Positions 10,372 through 23,216 are shown, counted from the first letter of the stretch. The stretch is 64,000 nt of DNA from Abditibacteriaceae bacterium (GCA_965277285.1 OZ255721.1:2336001-2400000); one strand, 5' to 3'. Notes: generated by a model not told the origin, from the letters alone. Made by a program: numbers and translations.

Positions 10372-11225
10372 TCAGTAATGAGTGCGCAGGCCAAGTGCAA
10401 CATAGCCAGATAGTTCTGGCTTTTCTTTTCCCACCTGACCAACAAGCGGCGATAACGGTTGATCCAGCTATGCGTTCTCTCCACCACCCAGCGTCGTGCT
10501 TTCTTTCCCACTTGTTTGGCCTGGACTTCCTCGCCTCGCGGTCGAATGTGGGTGGTGTAGCCAAAGGCTTGGGCAATCTCACGCACTTCGTCGTAGTCAT
10601 AACCGGCATCCAGGCATAAGTCCTGATCACATCCCTGAGCCATATGACAAAGTCTCTTATCCTCAACCACTGGGGTCACACTAGCCAAAGTCGCCGCCAC
10701 CAGTTTCATGTCGTGACGGTTGGCGCCTTCGATCTCCAGCCCCACGGGAATGCCACAGGACTCAGTCAGCAGGCTCCTTTTGACGCCGCCTTTGGCGCGG
10801 TCGGTGGGATTGGTCCGGTTTTTTTCCCCACCCAGAGGCGCTTTGGTCATCGCGCCATCCAGAGCCAGCCAACTCCAGTCCAAACCAACGAGTTCGTCGT
10901 AGTCGCATAAAGCCGCTTCCCACAAGCGCACGAAGAAGCCATCTTGCTCCCACTCCTGAAAGCGCGAGTGAGCTGTAGAACCCGAGCAGAGCCAGTGGCA
11001 TCCAGAGCCTTCCACTGGCAGCCGGTTCGCAGCACAAAGAAGATGCCGTTCAAGACCTGACGGTCAGGAACGCGCGGGCGATGGCAGCCTAAAGGATGCA
11101 CTGGCTTTTGCCGAACTGGGAGCAACGGTTCGATCAGCTCCCATAACACATCCGAAATCACAAACTCTTGAACAGGAATTTCATGTTTCATGCCACGCAG
11201 TTTATCACCCTATTCGGATAGGCTC
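10372..11225 (-). mobile_element. IS5-family element, frameshifted and 3'-truncated by the neighbouring IS
   Basis: VLRTGCQWKAL, DGAMTKAPLGG, CLDAGYD, RWVVERTHSWINRYRRLLVRWEKK; extra frameshift near 11000; only one end (GAGCCTATCCGAA at 11213-11225) remains. Confidence 0.88.
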
Positions 11226-11233
11226 TTAGTGTG

Positions 11234-11285
11234 GTCTAACAACATTGTTCGGCCGATGCGCTCGGCTTGATCGCGTGTGTTAGGA
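11234..11285 (+). other. degenerate attC-like site
   Basis: GTCTAAC ... GTTAGGA core pair just before the ATG at 11294; internal symmetry is poor. Confidence 0.4.
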
Positions 11286-11293
11286 TTGCAACC

Positions 11294-11863
11294 ATGTTTG
11301 AATACGCAAATGACACTTCTGGATGGAAGGATGATTGGCAGTTTGAATATCGCTTTGGCGCTTTTTATATCTTTCCGCCAACCGAAGTTATCGAACCAGT
11401 TGATGCGCTCAGGCAAACTTATGACCCGAGATCTGCTTCAGGCTGCCAAGCACACATTAGCCTGAGCGAATCGCTTGCTGCTCCACTGTCGGATGAACAG
11501 TTGGAGCAAATCCACACTGCGTTATCCGCCGTTCAGCCCTTCGATATTCGATATGGGCCTTTGCGAAGTTTTCCACCATACCCTGGTGTTTGTTATTCCA
11601 TCACGCCAGAAGATAACTTTCGGGCGCTGCGTTCGGCGCTTCATTCAACCTCTGCTTTTGTTGGTGTTCCGCTCAAACGCGAACACATCGCACCTCACAT
11701 GACGATTGCAGAGTTCCTCACTTTACAACAGACCGACGAACTTTTACAGGAGTTGAGCGGCAAAGTGCCAGAGGGAACATTTCGATGCGACTCAATTGAG
11801 TATGCTGTTCCCAACGATAAGTTTTACTTCGAGAGAGTTCTCACTATTCCGCTCAATGGTTGA
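11294..11863 (+). CDS. 2H phosphoesterase (2'-5' RNA ligase superfamily), cassette-like gene
   Basis: Two HxS/T motifs: AHISL and PHMTI. Confidence 0.82.
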   Translation: MFEYANDTSGWKDDWQFEYRFGAFYIFPPTEVIEPVDALRQTYDPRSASGCQAHISLSESLAAPLSDEQLEQIHTALSAVQPFDIRYGPLRSFPPYPGVCYSITPEDNFRALRSALHSTSAFVGVPLKREHIAPHMTIAEFLTLQQTDELLQELSGKVPEGTFRCDSIEYAVPNDKFYFERVLTIPLNG

Positions 11864-11883
11864 ATTACAACGAGCTAACACCG

Positions 11884-11964
11884 GCCTAATAAGGCGCTGC
11901 ACCCGTCCGCCTACAGCTTTGCTCGTCGTTCCTCCTCGCTACGCTTTTGGCAGCGGCAGGTGAG
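11884..11964 (+). other. attC-like site, left part (right part at 14013-14028), split by IS110
   Basis: Rejoined empty site GCCTAATAAGGCGCTGCACCCGTCCGCC...GCGGCAGGTGAGCTTGGTCGTT forms an imperfect palindrome with core-like ends, just after a gene stop. Confidence 0.65.
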
Positions 11965-11979
11965 ATACTGTGTTGGTTG

Positions 11980-14000
<2,021 letters not shown>

Positions 14001-14079
14001 ACTTAACATACAAGCTTGGTCGTTCTGCTGCTTGCGCAGTATTGTATCAAGCCGAGTGCTTGCCGTTATAATGCTCTCC

Positions 14080-14718
14080 ATGCCATTAATATTGACATTG
14101 TTGCGACACGGACGTTCAAGAGCCGATGACGAGAATGTTCACGAGGGCAGATATGACTCTCCATTAACTGAAACTGGGCGAACTCAAGCCCTGTCACTTG
14201 CAGCGCGTTGGCGACAAGAGATAATTCATTTTGATGCCATCATATCCTCACCTCTATGCCGAGCTTCTGAAACTGCTGCCATCATTGGTAAAGCATTAAG
14301 TGTAAAACCCAAATACGATGACGATTTGATGGAGCGGAATAATGGGCTTGCAGCCGGAATGCCTTTAGACGAAGTGGAACGCCAGTATCCACAGACCCTG
14401 AGGGTTTCCCCTTACGCGCCTTGGTTTGTCAATGGCGAGTCTGAGGCGGAGTTTCATCGCCGAGCGGGAAGCGTTCTTGAGCGAATAGTTCGAATGGAAC
14501 TTCAATCAGTTTTAGTAGTGGCTCATGGTGGGATTCTGAATGCAATCTTACGCAACGCAATGAGCGCTCCAGTGCCCACTTTTGGTGGGCCTTACTTTGC
14601 TTTTGGAGATACAGGTTTTGCTCAGCTCAGATACGAGATTGAACGATATGGTTGGTATATCACGCATCTAAATGACATCAATCATCTTCACGAGGGCAAT
14701 AACATACTTGACATCTAA
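14080..14718 (+). CDS. histidine phosphatase family protein
   Basis: LLRHG, SSPLCRASETA, LVVAHGG; ATG at 14080 chosen because TATAAT lies 7 nt upstream. Confidence 0.88.
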   Translation: MPLILTLLRHGRSRADDENVHEGRYDSPLTETGRTQALSLAARWRQEIIHFDAIISSPLCRASETAAIIGKALSVKPKYDDDLMERNNGLAAGMPLDEVERQYPQTLRVSPYAPWFVNGESEAEFHRRAGSVLERIVRMELQSVLVVAHGGILNAILRNAMSAPVPTFGGPYFAFGDTGFAQLRYEIERYGWYITHLNDINHLHEGNNILDI

Positions 14719-14744
14719 AACGTCATTTTGAGGAACAAGGGCAG

Positions 14745-14781
14745 GCTGTAGGTGGTCGGGCGCAGCGCCTCATTAGGCGGC
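14745..14781 (-). other. attC-like half site after the kinase cassette
   Basis: Minus strand GCCGCCTAATGAGGCGCTGCGCCCGACCACCTACAGC is nearly identical to 11884-11917; complementary core GTTAGGCGGC at 15443-15452. Confidence 0.65.
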
Positions 14782-14791
14782 TGTCATTCGG

Positions 14792-15382
14792 TCACAATCT
14801 GTTTTCGACGGTTGCTATTCCAAAATGAGTGCAAATTTGTGACACAACCTCGTACGGCGCAAGAGCCTCATTGTTGATTTTTAAATGTGGATAAGAATAG
14901 GGGAAATCGCTCTCCAAATTGGAGAGATATTCTGCTTCCTCACGCATCAGTTTTTCAGAAAATTCGGTATCGCGTTTAAATGGCTTATGATGTAGGCGAT
15001 GTTCGGTTAGGTTGCGGTCAAGCCTCGTCTTAAACGAAGCTTCTAACTCAACGAACAGCACACGGCCACCACGCCTCAAAAAGGGAGCAGCATAACATTC
15101 ATTCTGCCCATGGTCGAGAACGGAATCGAAGTCTGGCACAGAGGAAAAGATAAAGCCCGGGATTTCACTGGCGGCAACTTCCTCGAAGATGCTGACACGA
15201 AAGTCGAACAGCAAACGCTGGAACGCTGGCGTGCCGTAATCGAAAACCGGCAGCAGCAAGTCAATCGTTTGGTGGTTGTGCATGAACTTAAAGCCTGTGA
15301 TGCGGCTCAGTTCTTGTCCCACCGTCATTTTGCCTACTGCTTGGGGCCCAATGATGAAAATCAAAGTTTTGGAAGTTGACAT
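14792..15382 (-). CDS. P-loop (AAA/shikimate kinase-like) protein
   Basis: IIGPQAVGKMTVG Walker A; FVELEASFKTRLDRN. Confidence 0.82.
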   Translation of the reverse strand: MSTSKTLIFIIGPQAVGKMTVGQELSRITGFKFMHNHQTIDLLLPVFDYGTPAFQRLLFDFRVSIFEEVAASEIPGFIFSSVPDFDSVLDHGQNECYAAPFLRRGGRVLFVELEASFKTRLDRNLTEHRLHHKPFKRDTEFSEKLMREEAEYLSNLESDFPYSYPHLKINNEALAPYEVVSQICTHFGIATVENRL

Positions 15383-15557
15383 TGTGAATTAGTATACTTT
15401 TTCGCTTACGCAAACCCTCGGCGCCGTATTAAGCCACGCGCTGCCGCCTAACAATATTAGACCGCAATCTCTCGGCATAACAACGATTCCAATGAATACA
15501 AAATGGTTTATATTCGGGCGAGGGCGGGCAATATCATTGTTTTAGGTGTCAAAGATA

Positions 15558-15820
15558 TGATTGCCAAAACAAAGTTCAGCGACGAGAAGATCGCCTACGT
15601 TTTGCGCCAAGTCGAAGGCGGAACCACAGCGGTTGAAGTGTGCCGGGAACATGGTATCAGCGAACAAACGTTCTATCGCTGGAAGAAGCGGTTTGCGGGC
15701 ATCGGGTGCCCTCTGGGCGGATGGGAGAAGTGCGGCGTTTACACCAACTCGAGGAAGAGAACACACGGCTCAAACAACTGGTGGCTGACCTGAGCCTTGA
15801 CAAAGCGATGTTGCAAGAGT
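15558..15820 (+). pseudogene. IS3-family orfA remnant
   Basis: KFSDEKIAYVL...VCREHGISEQTFYRWKK then, in another frame, RLHQLEEENTRLKQLVADLSLDKAML; no orfB. Confidence 0.85.
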
Positions 15821-16495
15821 TCAATCCTTTTTACCCTTCAACCTTTCGACGATCATCTTAGGAGCCAGCTCAGATAGCCCCCGCAGCGTTCATTATGGCG
15901 AAACTGCCAGAACAGACAACGACAAAGCGGACGATTCATGCACCGAATGAAAGGCTTCCATATCGCGCTTTAGCGGCCCGCGCTGTGGCGCAGCAGATGG
16001 CGCATCGGGCAGGTTTGCGCATGATCGGAGCCGTCCAGGTTGTGCAACGTGCTCTCTGTTGGCACTAAAAACACTTTGCTCTGGCAGGCGCGACATTGTG
16101 AAAGCTGCTTTACGTCGGTCAACGAACGCGGTCTGGCGCGCTGTGTGTCGGGTTCTGCGCTGTCTCCTTCATCGTGTGACGCGGTGCTTTGTCTACCACC
16201 ACGCTCGGCGCCTTGGCTTACGCCTTGTTTCGTGCCTTGTTCCGCTTCACGAAACGGCGACATCTGATCTCGATGCTCCAAAGTGTCCTGCTCCAAAGTT
16301 CCGAGCGAACCGGTTTCAGGCGGCTGGCCTTCCTCAAGAAGTCTTTGCTCGAGTTGGCGCGTCAGCTTGAGCAACAGAATGGAACATCCGACCAGTTCCT
16401 GCACAATCGGTAAAAGATGGGGAGAAAACATAAATCAACTCACAGAGAAAAGAGCTTCAATCGAAACCAAAAAGTTCGAGTACTCGATTTGAGTT

Positions 16496-16867
16496 TTAAC
16501 GTGGCTTGCGCGGCGAACGGACGCGCGGCCCCGAACGTCGCGTGCGTTCGCGTGGTGGCACTTCTTTGGATGACAAAATGGTTTGCATCAATGGCGATTT
16601 TCGGGGTTGCGTCGCGTGTTCCAGTTCGTTGAGCGATTGATCCAGTTGCGCCATGAATTCCACAAAAGGAACTCCGATGGCGCGGCACATCGCGCGCAAT
16701 TCCAGCACATCGATCTTGCGGTCGCCGTTCTCGCAGCGCGAAACCGAGAGTTGCGATAAGCCGATGCGCTCGCCCAATTGATCCTGCCGCAAACCCACCT
16801 TGACCCGCGCCTCGCGCAGCAGGCGGCGAAACAGCGCGTGTTCCGGCGTATAGTGCGATTGTGCGAT
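16496..16867 (-). CDS. XRE-family HTH regulator (ATC at the expected start)
   Basis: Frame extends to HYTPEHALFRRLLREARVKVGLRQDQLGERIGLSQLSVSRCENGDRKIDVLEL; GGAGG just before ATC at 16867. Confidence 0.75.
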   Translation of the reverse strand: MAQSHYTPEHALFRRLLREARVKVGLRQDQLGERIGLSQLSVSRCENGDRKIDVLELRAMCRAIGVPFVEFMAQLDQSLNELEHATQPRKSPLMQTILSSKEVPPRERTRRSGPRVRSPRKPR

Positions 16868-17204
16868 GTCCCTCCTCCCGCACGCGACACTCGGGCCATA
16901 AAGCCCAAAGTCGGCGCACAGGAAAAGGTTTTACAATCTCTCTTTGAATAGTATGAATTTGATTATTAAACGCGACGTTTGCGCGCTCTGCTCTAAAAGT
17001 GATCAAAATGGGGCACGGACACGTTTTTCGCCACTTCCTATAAAAACCAAAAGCGCGCCCCAATGCGAGTACTCGATGGGCGCGGTTTGGTGCGTGGACT
17101 TGACAGGTTTTAACGTCGTGTCTTCGTATAAATTTCCTTTTATCCAATAATCCGTCGGCCCGACAAACGAAACTATACGGCAGGCGGTGATGCGCCGCCC
17201 TGAG

Positions 17205-17957
17205 CTAAAATGCGCGCATGTAACTCCCGCCCCCATCCGGGTCGATGCTGTTGGTCGTGGACCAAGGTTGATCTGGTGTCAGCCCAAAGTCGCCGCTGCG
17301 AATCGCTCTGTATTTGCGCCATTTTACGTGGCCGTCGAGGAAAAGGAGATTGCCGCCGTCGAAATGGACATTGGACTGAAGTTCTCCGCCGAACGCGAAG
17401 AGGTGCCAGTAGTTAAAAGAACCGGGGGCGTTATCACCGCCACCACCCTCAGGGAATGAGAAAAAAGCATTGCTACCCTTATTTCTTTCTTGAAAACAGG
17501 CGATCTCGGAGGGAGACGGCACAAGGGCCAGCGTGACCCGGCGAAAACCCATCAGAACGCCATTACCCGAGTAGGAAGTGTTGCCCCACTCGTTGGGTGC
17601 GGAGACCCCAGTCTCAGGCTCGGCGCTTGGGCACAAATGAACCTGAGTGTTTTTGAGGTAGCGATCTATGTCGCGCAGCGGACTCGTCCAGTGAATCGGC
17701 TTCATGTAATCGCCCATGCCACCAGAATCGGTGCGTGGTAGGGTCTCGTCACACTCTTGAACATATTGCATCAACGCCAGGCCGATTTGCTTCATGTTGC
17801 TCGCACACGAGGCGCGACGCGCGCTTTCACGCGCCTTGGCAAAAGCCGGAAAAAGGACGGCTGCCAGAATCGCTATGATGGCGATCACCACGAGCAACTC
17901 GATCAGGGTAAAGCCATTGTCAAAGGACTTGATGCGAGAACGATTCTGCAATTTCAT
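17205..17957 (-). CDS. prepilin-type N-terminal cleavage / H-X9-DG domain protein (DUF1559-like)
   Basis: [54 protein letters not shown]. Confidence 0.92.
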   Translation of the reverse strand: MKLQNRSRIKSFDNGFTLIELLVVIAIIAILAAVLFPAFAKARESARRASCASNMKQIGLALMQYVQECDETLPRTDSGGMGDYMKPIHWTSPLRDIDRYLKNTQVHLCPSAEPETGVSAPNEWGNTSYSGNGVLMGFRRVTLALVPSPSEIACFQERNKGSNAFFSFPEGGGGDNAPGSFNYWHLFAFGGELQSNVHFDGGNLLFLDGHVKWRKYRAIRSGDFGLTPDQPWSTTNSIDPDGGGSYMRAF

Positions 17958-18477
17958 TTGCTTCCCTTGATATAAACATAACGGGCATCACGAGTTGAAG
18001 CTAATGATTGTGCTGTAGCATAACATGAGGTCTGACAACGCACAGGAATAAAAGGGCGGCCACCCGATGAAGGATGCCCGCTCTTGGCCGCCAAACTGAG
18101 ATTATTCCATGCAACGTCCATTCTATGAAGGTTGTTATAGTTTTCCATTCGGCTGTTTGAGAACAAAATACCAAAACACGCCAACACAAACGAAAGGCGC
18201 CAAGAGCGCCAGCCAAGGCAAGCCAGCGTCAACGCACGCAAAAGCAGCGAGACCGCCGGTCCCAATAAACACGAACAATGTCAAAACACCCCGATGCAAG
18301 AAAACGGGCCAGTGCAGCCGTCCGTTAAATTTTCACGCGTGTTTTTATTCAAAATCGTCACCGACCAACCGCGACAGCCGCGCCTGGTTCGACAGTCCCT
18401 CAATAATCGCCACAACGTGCTCGCGCGCGCTTGCGGCGATAAGTTTTGCAGCAAGCGCCCGACATAAGCCGCTTCCA

Positions 18478-18511
18478 GCGCCGCCACATCGAGTACTCGA
18501 TGTGGCGGCGC
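18478..18511. repeat. perfect 34-bp palindrome centred on TCGAGTACTCGA
   Basis: GCGCCGCCACATCGAGTACTCGATGTGGCGGCGC. Confidence 0.9.
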
Positions 18512-18599
18512 GGTTTTGTGCGTGAAGTTGGGACGATCTGGCGTCGGTTCTTTATCTAATTTGCATTAGTTAGAATGTTGCAAAAGGGGTAGATTATGT

Positions 18600-19142
18600 T
18601 TAATGGGTCTGGCCTTTGCGGTGTAGGCGAGCGATGTTATTGAGAATGGTAACTTCGTCCTGACGATCTTTGATCGCGCGCCCAATGGTCAATGCCTGCT
18701 GAAAGTAGCGCAATGCCTCTTTCGAGCGGCCCAGTTGGTGATAGGTCTGGCCGATGGAGTTGAGGTCAGCGCCAAGGGCAGCAGCGCCGCGGCGATGCGC
18801 CTTGTCAATCGCATAAGCCGCCTTGAAGTGGCGGAGCGCAGCGGCGAAGTCGGAGTGCGCCCTCAAGTGCTTTGCCCACCAGAAATGAGCATTGGAAAGC
18901 TTGGTTTGATAGCTCACCTGCGCCGGAGCAAGCTGCGCCGCTCGGGTGAGCAATTCGACAGCTCTGGCAAAATCTGATTTATTGAAAGCCGCTTCGCCCT
19001 GCCGTTCCAACGAGGCGGCGGTGGCTTGAGTGGTGCTGGGTTCAGCAGCGTTGGCAACCTTGGCCGAGACGCCAACGGCGACGCATGGCGTCAGCAGCAA
19101 AATGCAACAACCGAGTGCGCGAAAGCTTTGAAAGCTTTGCAT
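18600..19142 (-). CDS. secreted TPR protein, probably C-terminally truncated
   Basis: Signal-like N-terminus; DLNSIGQTYHQLGRSKEALRYFQQAL TPR; ends mid-repeat next to an IS5-end remnant at 18571-18590. Confidence 0.65.
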   Translation of the reverse strand: MQSFQSFRALGCCILLLTPCVAVGVSAKVANAAEPSTTQATAASLERQGEAAFNKSDFARAVELLTRAAQLAPAQVSYQTKLSNAHFWWAKHLRAHSDFAAALRHFKAAYAIDKAHRRGAAALGADLNSIGQTYHQLGRSKEALRYFQQALTIGRAIKDRQDEVTILNNIARLHRKGQTH

Positions 19143-19156
19143 GGAAGAGTGTCCTT

Positions 19157-19216
19157 TGTGGTTCGTCTGGCTGTGGCTCGTCTGGCTGTGGCTCGTCTGG
19201 CTGTGGCTCGTCTGGC
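19157..19216. repeat. 15-bp tandem repeat x4
   Basis: TGTGG(T/C)TCGTCTGGC four times. Confidence 0.9.
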
Positions 19217-19433
19217 CCCCAGCATACCATATCGTCTAAAGCGCGCTTCAGCGAGTGTTTACAGCGTGCCCGCCGCCTTGTATTTCGTCATACAAAGATT
19301 GCGCCTCGTGCAAAACAAGCGACCGCTCATAAGGCGACAACCCACCCGCCGAAGCATTAGCCGTCTTCGCCACGGCCGCCGCTTCATCCGCCGCCCGCTT
19401 TGTTCTGCCGCCGCCTCGCTCATGGGTTGACCT

Positions 19434-19600
19434 TCAACCGTCGGGCCGTCGTCGTGCCCTCGTCATGCCGTACCAACGCGTGCCGGGGAAATGATAAACG
19501 CCGGTCTTGGTGTTCACCCACACCTGGCCCGACGATTGAGCACTGGGCGCCTGGGTTGTTGGCGCGCTGGGCTGAGAACTTCGAGTACTCGATTCGCGCG
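19434..19600 (-). pseudogene. fragment of a small secreted protein (VWVNT..GVYH.PG.RWYG motif)
   Basis: GQVWVNTKTGVYHFPGTRWYGMT embedded in non-protein-like sequence; 14-bp x3 repeat at 19603-19644. Confidence 0.5.
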
Positions 19601-19803
19601 TTCGCCTGATGCTTTGCGCCTGATGCTTTGCGCCTGATGCTTTGCGCATGGTCGCTTCGCGTGGCGCGTCGTCGATAACCGCGATGAGAAATGCCGCTCG
19701 TTTCATCGGCAATAGGTGCGTTACCCAGCTCACCCAAATATTTACGGTAGTCGCTGATCCAGTCGGCCGCAATTTCGCGCTGCGCGTCCTGGATGTATTC
19801 CTG

Positions 19804-20364
19804 TTATGTCGCCGTTTCCGCGAAAAGTTGGCGCAACGTTTTGTAGGAAAGATACAAACGCATCTTGTTCTCGGGAGCGGAAATCATGTCAAATCGCTCG
19901 TAAAAAGCTTTGGCAGCTTCGTCTTTGGCATCCACGATGAAAAAACGCACCGGAGCCGCGCCCGACTCCATCACAGCCCAGGTGCGTCGGATCGCGTCGG
20001 TAAACAGAGAGCGATCCAGTCCCTGACCCTGAAACCTGAGATCGACTGCAAAACGCGCCATCAATAGCACAGGAATCGAAGACGGCATCCCACGCGCCAG
20101 CTTCCTGGGCGCTTCGATTTGGGAAACGATGGCGTGCGTCAAGGTGTAATAGCCGATAACCACCCTGTCGCTGCTGCTCACCTCGCTGTCGCGCACTTCG
20201 CTGTCGCGCACGCTGCTCGTGACGGCATAGGTGCGCGACAGCATCGCGTTCTGCTTATCCAGCGCGTGCCGTTGCAGAAACTCATTGAGCGGTGCCTGGC
20301 CGCAATCGAAGCGCGACGTATCGTGTCCAGCCCGTAACAGTTCGGGTGGCGTGATCTTATTCAT
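19804..20364 (-). CDS. GNAT acetyltransferase toxin (AtaT/TacT-like)
   Basis: HDTSRFDCGQAPLNEFL, VIGYYTL, IPVLLMARFAVD, IVDAKDEAAKAFYERF; ATG overlaps the antitoxin end. Confidence 0.88.
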   Translation of the reverse strand: MNKITPPELLRAGHDTSRFDCGQAPLNEFLQRHALDKQNAMLSRTYAVTSSVRDSEVRDSEVSSSDRVVIGYYTLTHAIVSQIEAPRKLARGMPSSIPVLLMARFAVDLRFQGQGLDRSLFTDAIRRTWAVMESGAAPVRFFIVDAKDEAAKAFYERFDMISAPENKMRLYLSYKTLRQLFAETAT

Positions 20365-20653
20365 CCCAAACCGGTTTGCGGGCCAGAGCTTCGCGCAAAC
20401 GTGGCGAAGGCGAGGGTGGCGCGTCCATGATCCGGCACAGCTCTGCGTATTCTGCCGGCGAAACGAGAAGCTGTGTTTCTTCACGAACGACGCGCTCGGC
20501 CTCCTGCAAAGAAGCTTGCAGCACAAACTGGCTGACGTTCATATGACGCGCTTTGGCCGCTTGAGCCAACACTGTCTTCTGGCTGGGATTGGTGCGGATG
20601 GAGAGGCGCTCCTCTTTGGATCCTTTGAGGTTCTTGGCCACTAAATTGGGCAT
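20357..20653 (-). CDS. DUF1778 ribbon-helix-helix antitoxin (AtaR/TacA-like)
   Basis: KEERLSIR...AQAAKARHMNVSQFVL...DAPPSPSPRLREAL; AAGGAGG before ATG at 20653. Confidence 0.88.
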   Translation of the reverse strand: MPNLVAKNLKGSKEERLSIRTNPSQKTVLAQAAKARHMNVSQFVLQASLQEAERVVREETQLLVSPAEYAELCRIMDAPPSPSPRLREALARKPVWDE

Positions 20654-20756
20654 AGCTGCCTCCTTTGTCATTCTTCTGATTATGAATTATTGTACTCCCA
20701 TTGTCCACCCAATTTTTCAAAGTGAGCAACAGGCCTGTCGACTCTCGTGTTGCGCG

Positions 20757-20816
20757 AACAGACAAAGCAAAAAGTCGCACGATCTTGCAATCGTGCGACT
20801 TTTTGCTTTGTCTGTT
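20757..20816. terminator. long perfect hairpin, probable terminator
   Basis: AACAGACAAAGCAAAAAGTCGCACGAT / ATCGTGCGACTTTTTGCTTTGTCTGTT directly after the stop at 20817. Confidence 0.7.
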
Positions 20817-22507
20817 TCAGCCTGTGGCGGCTGAGATCGTGACTGTGGCAATGTTGCTGGTCTGATTGTTGTTGATGCGATAAGTGAAGGTAAAAGTTTG
20901 CGCGCCGCGTTTGTTGGTAATGAAGGTGAATGAACCATCAGATCGCAACGACAAGTAAGCGCCTTTGGGTTTGCTGACCAGGACAACGCGCACTGCTCGA
21001 TTGGGATTGAACTGGTCGTTGGCCAGAACGCCGGGTGCGGGAACGATGAGCACGCCTTGCCGTGTGCTATGGTTGCGTGGGTTGGCGTTGTAGAGGTAGA
21101 AGTTGTCGTTGGCTTGCGGCGCACCGTTTACATCACGAACGTTGAGGCTGAAGGATACGAGTCCGGAATCGCTATGCCCATCGTTCACCTTGAAGACGAA
21201 GAGGTCCTGACCGCTAAAACCGGGATTGGGTGTGTAAATCACGTTGGGACCGGTGCCACTGAGAGTGCCATTCTGCGGCTGATCCACAATAATATAGGTT
21301 AACGGGTCGTTCTCGGGATCCGTAGCGGAAAGCGTCAGCGGTGTGGACGTGTTGGCATCCACCGTAACGTATTTAGGAAAAGCAACAGGGGGCTGGTTGA
21401 CGGGTTGCTGTCCATCGAATTCGTCAGCGCCGATATCGACGACCGCCGTGCCGTTCCCGTCACCGTCGAGAGGCCGAACTGTTCCCTTGTAATCGTTGGA
21501 CGGTGCGCCCACATTGCTGCCGGCATCGATGGCGGGTGAGTTCCCAGGTAATCGGAAGTCGGTCGTTTGAGCGGCGAAGCCGGGATCGGCGGAAATGTTT
21601 CCGTTCAACCCTGTCAGATCGCTGGTGCCAACGTAGTTTGCTCCGTTTCCGAAGACGAGATTATGATCCCACGGAGGCGTATCGGCGCTGCTGGAAAGGA
21701 ACGCCAATTCCAACCCGATGCCGTTCCCGACGATCAGGTTGTTACGGTAGATGTGGCTCGCTGTCGAAATGCGCGCGTCCACATAGATTCCCACGGCGTT
21801 GCGCACGATGGTGTTGTTGACGACTTCGGGGTGGGCGCTTTGCGGCACGGTAATGTTGAGGGCACGGTAATGTTGAGGGCGCGACAGTCGTTGTCATAGA
21901 AAAGGTTGTTGATGATACGAGGCGAAGAGAAATTGATAAGACCTATTGTGCCGGTGAGATACTGCGTATCGCCACCTGCCGAGTTGAAGCGAAAAACATT
22001 TCGCTCGATGATTGGCGAAGCGTTATTTACCGCAATCGCCGCTCCAAAGCCACCGCTAAACTGCAAGTTCCTTTCGAAGATATTGCCCTTGATCAAGGTG
22101 CCTTCTCCATGGACAGCCATGCCGCCTCCAAAGTAGTTTGCGCCACCAGTGACGGTGAAACCAACCAGAGCAGCGCTTGGACCGATGTCTACAGCTGTTC
22201 CGCCGTTGCCCTGGATGGTGGTGACCTCGGGGCCTTCGGTGCTCTCGATGCGCAGGTCTTTGCCCTGAAATTGCAGGCTGCCAACATAGCTTCCCGGAGA
22301 GACGCGAATAACGTCCCCGGGTGATGCGGCATTTACAGCTGCCTGGACCGTAGGCTGTTCCGCCGGTACGTTGATCTCGGCGGCAAAAATGGGCTTGGCA
22401 ACGGCCAGACATACGAAGGACGCCAGTGCCGCAGTGCGCCTGGCATAACGTATAAAGGACAAATGATCGCTCCTTGTTGTGTTCTTTGAGTTGTGCCCCT
22501 CTGACAT
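20817..22507 (-). pseudogene. secreted beta-helix / Ig-like (Big_9) protein split by a 17-bp duplication
   Basis: ORFs 21734-22612 and 20817-21848 join if one GGCACGGTAATGTTGAG copy (21844-21877) is removed; TVQAAVNAASPGD, SPAIDAG, DIGADE, GTLSG..YTPNPGFSGQD. Start is uncertain. Confidence 0.8.
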
Positions 22508-22923
22508 AAACGAATATGAATCTGGAGGCGCACTGCACCTATAGTATAGGCTCGTGTAAGCATAGCATAAGACCTTATTTTCGGATCTACGGCACACTTG
22601 CCACAAGTGCATTCAAAGTCTTTTATCCTGCTTTGTTGCGCGTGTCCGGTGGATTGAAAGTCACCGGGCGCATCGTCTATCAATGGCGCCAGCCCCGCGT
22701 TGTTGCTTATGCCCTCGATCATATGAACGAGGGCATAAGCATACTGCAGGCGAAAGGCCCTGCAGCTTTTGGCCGATCCAGGCAGCAGTAGCGGCGATTG
22801 CGGTTTCTTTAGGCGTCGGCTTCGATTGCCTCAATCTCGCCGGTTCGCTTGGCGGCGCGCTCGTTTCAAATCGCCTGCGCTTCGTGCAGGACGAGGGAGT
22901 GTTCGACGAGGGCGTCAGCACGC

Positions 22924-23216
22924 TCAGGCATCCTGACCCTCAATCGAGGCGATGCAGCCCAACTCATCAAAAGCCGGAGAATTGACCGCCGTCGAAACCT
23001 CGTGCATCGCCATTTCTGCGTCGGGATAAGAGCGCAACATTTGAAGCAAAAACGGCACGTCATCGCGGTCGTTATCAGCCACATCGAGCCAGCGCGCTTC
23101 ATCGTCACGCCGCAAAATGGCCGGCATTTGGTTGTGAATCTGGCTCATTAAGGCGTTCGGCGCGGTCGTGATAATGGTGCAAGTGCGCAACGGTGAACCA
23201 TCGGGCGCAATCCATT
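22924..23216 (-). pseudogene. SOS response-associated peptidase (SRAP) C-terminal fragment
   Basis: LRTCTIITTAPNALMSQIHNQMPAIL, VSTAVNSP; N-terminal Cys region is absent. Confidence 0.75.

Noticed and set aside
14886..14894. DnaA box TGTGGATAA
   Set aside because: Single copy inside a CDS with no cluster; not an origin.
15850..16440. Possible degraded gene or transposase
   Set aside because: Short overlapping ORFs with no motif I can assign.
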